Part shown: one piece after another, positions 57,259 to 57,290 of the stretch
Layout: every line of letters begins with the position of its first letter
Position numbering within the stretch: the stretch's first letter is position 1
Source: Clostridia bacterium
Lineage (GTDB): Bacteria > Bacillota > Dehalobacteriia > Dehalobacteriales > Dehalobacteriaceae
Reading direction: 5' to 3'
DNA length: 57,290 bases
Assembly: GCA_012838175.1 (NCBI GenBank)
Contig: DUPU01000107.1
Location: 1 to 57,290 of the forward strand
Position numbers and translations under genes: made by a program
The notes under the pieces: model-generated
Told to the model about the DNA's origin: nothing
Seen by the model: the letters and a program-made list of their open reading frames with translations, nothing else
The model's database searches: none

Positions 57259-57290
57259 TTGATAACCTCCACAGGGTACAACCTAATTAA

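Overview
This window looks like a chromosomal segment from an anaerobic, endospore-forming, motile Firmicute (Clostridia-like gene content). I cannot name the species. Most genes are on the minus strand. In window order: a tRNA-His/Arg/Gly cluster; rdgB-rph; an orphan 2-hydroxyacyl-CoA-dehydratase-like gene with its activase; a cell-wall amidase and gerM; a paaK-ACT operon behind a T-box leader; prkA-yhbH-spoVR; a small-ORF region; mscS-family channel, hpt, groES-groEL with CIRCE, and moaA; a soluble PAS histidine kinase; 5-formyl-THF cyclo-ligase; a radical-SAM/PDZ protein; a thioredoxin-like gene split by an in-frame TGA; a DnaA-box cluster; tsaE-tsaB-rimI-tsaD; two hydrolases; mazEF-alr-nnr-acpS (Bacillus-like synteny); a TPP-riboswitch-controlled thiXYZ-type ABC operon with two DUF77 genes and a methyltransferase; yyaL; an HD-GYP gene; and a cheA-cheW-mcp-cheR-cheB operon converging on a PilZ-fliA-fliK-flgD-flgE-rod-cheC-cheD block. 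The observations most worth follow-up are: (1) a candidate selenocysteine (UxxC) membrane-anchored thioredoxin-like protein that ORF calling splits in two; (2) seven co-oriented DnaA boxes just downstream of tsaD, away from any dnaA gene; (3) a T-box, probably Phe (UUC), controlling phenylacetate-CoA ligase; (4) an unannotated 52-aa tandem desulforedoxin-like mini-protein; (5) a TPP-riboswitch operon with unusual extra genes; (6) a short palindromic repeat family. No CRISPR array, rRNA, transposase or phage gene was seen. All functional calls come from motif recognition by eye, not from database searches.
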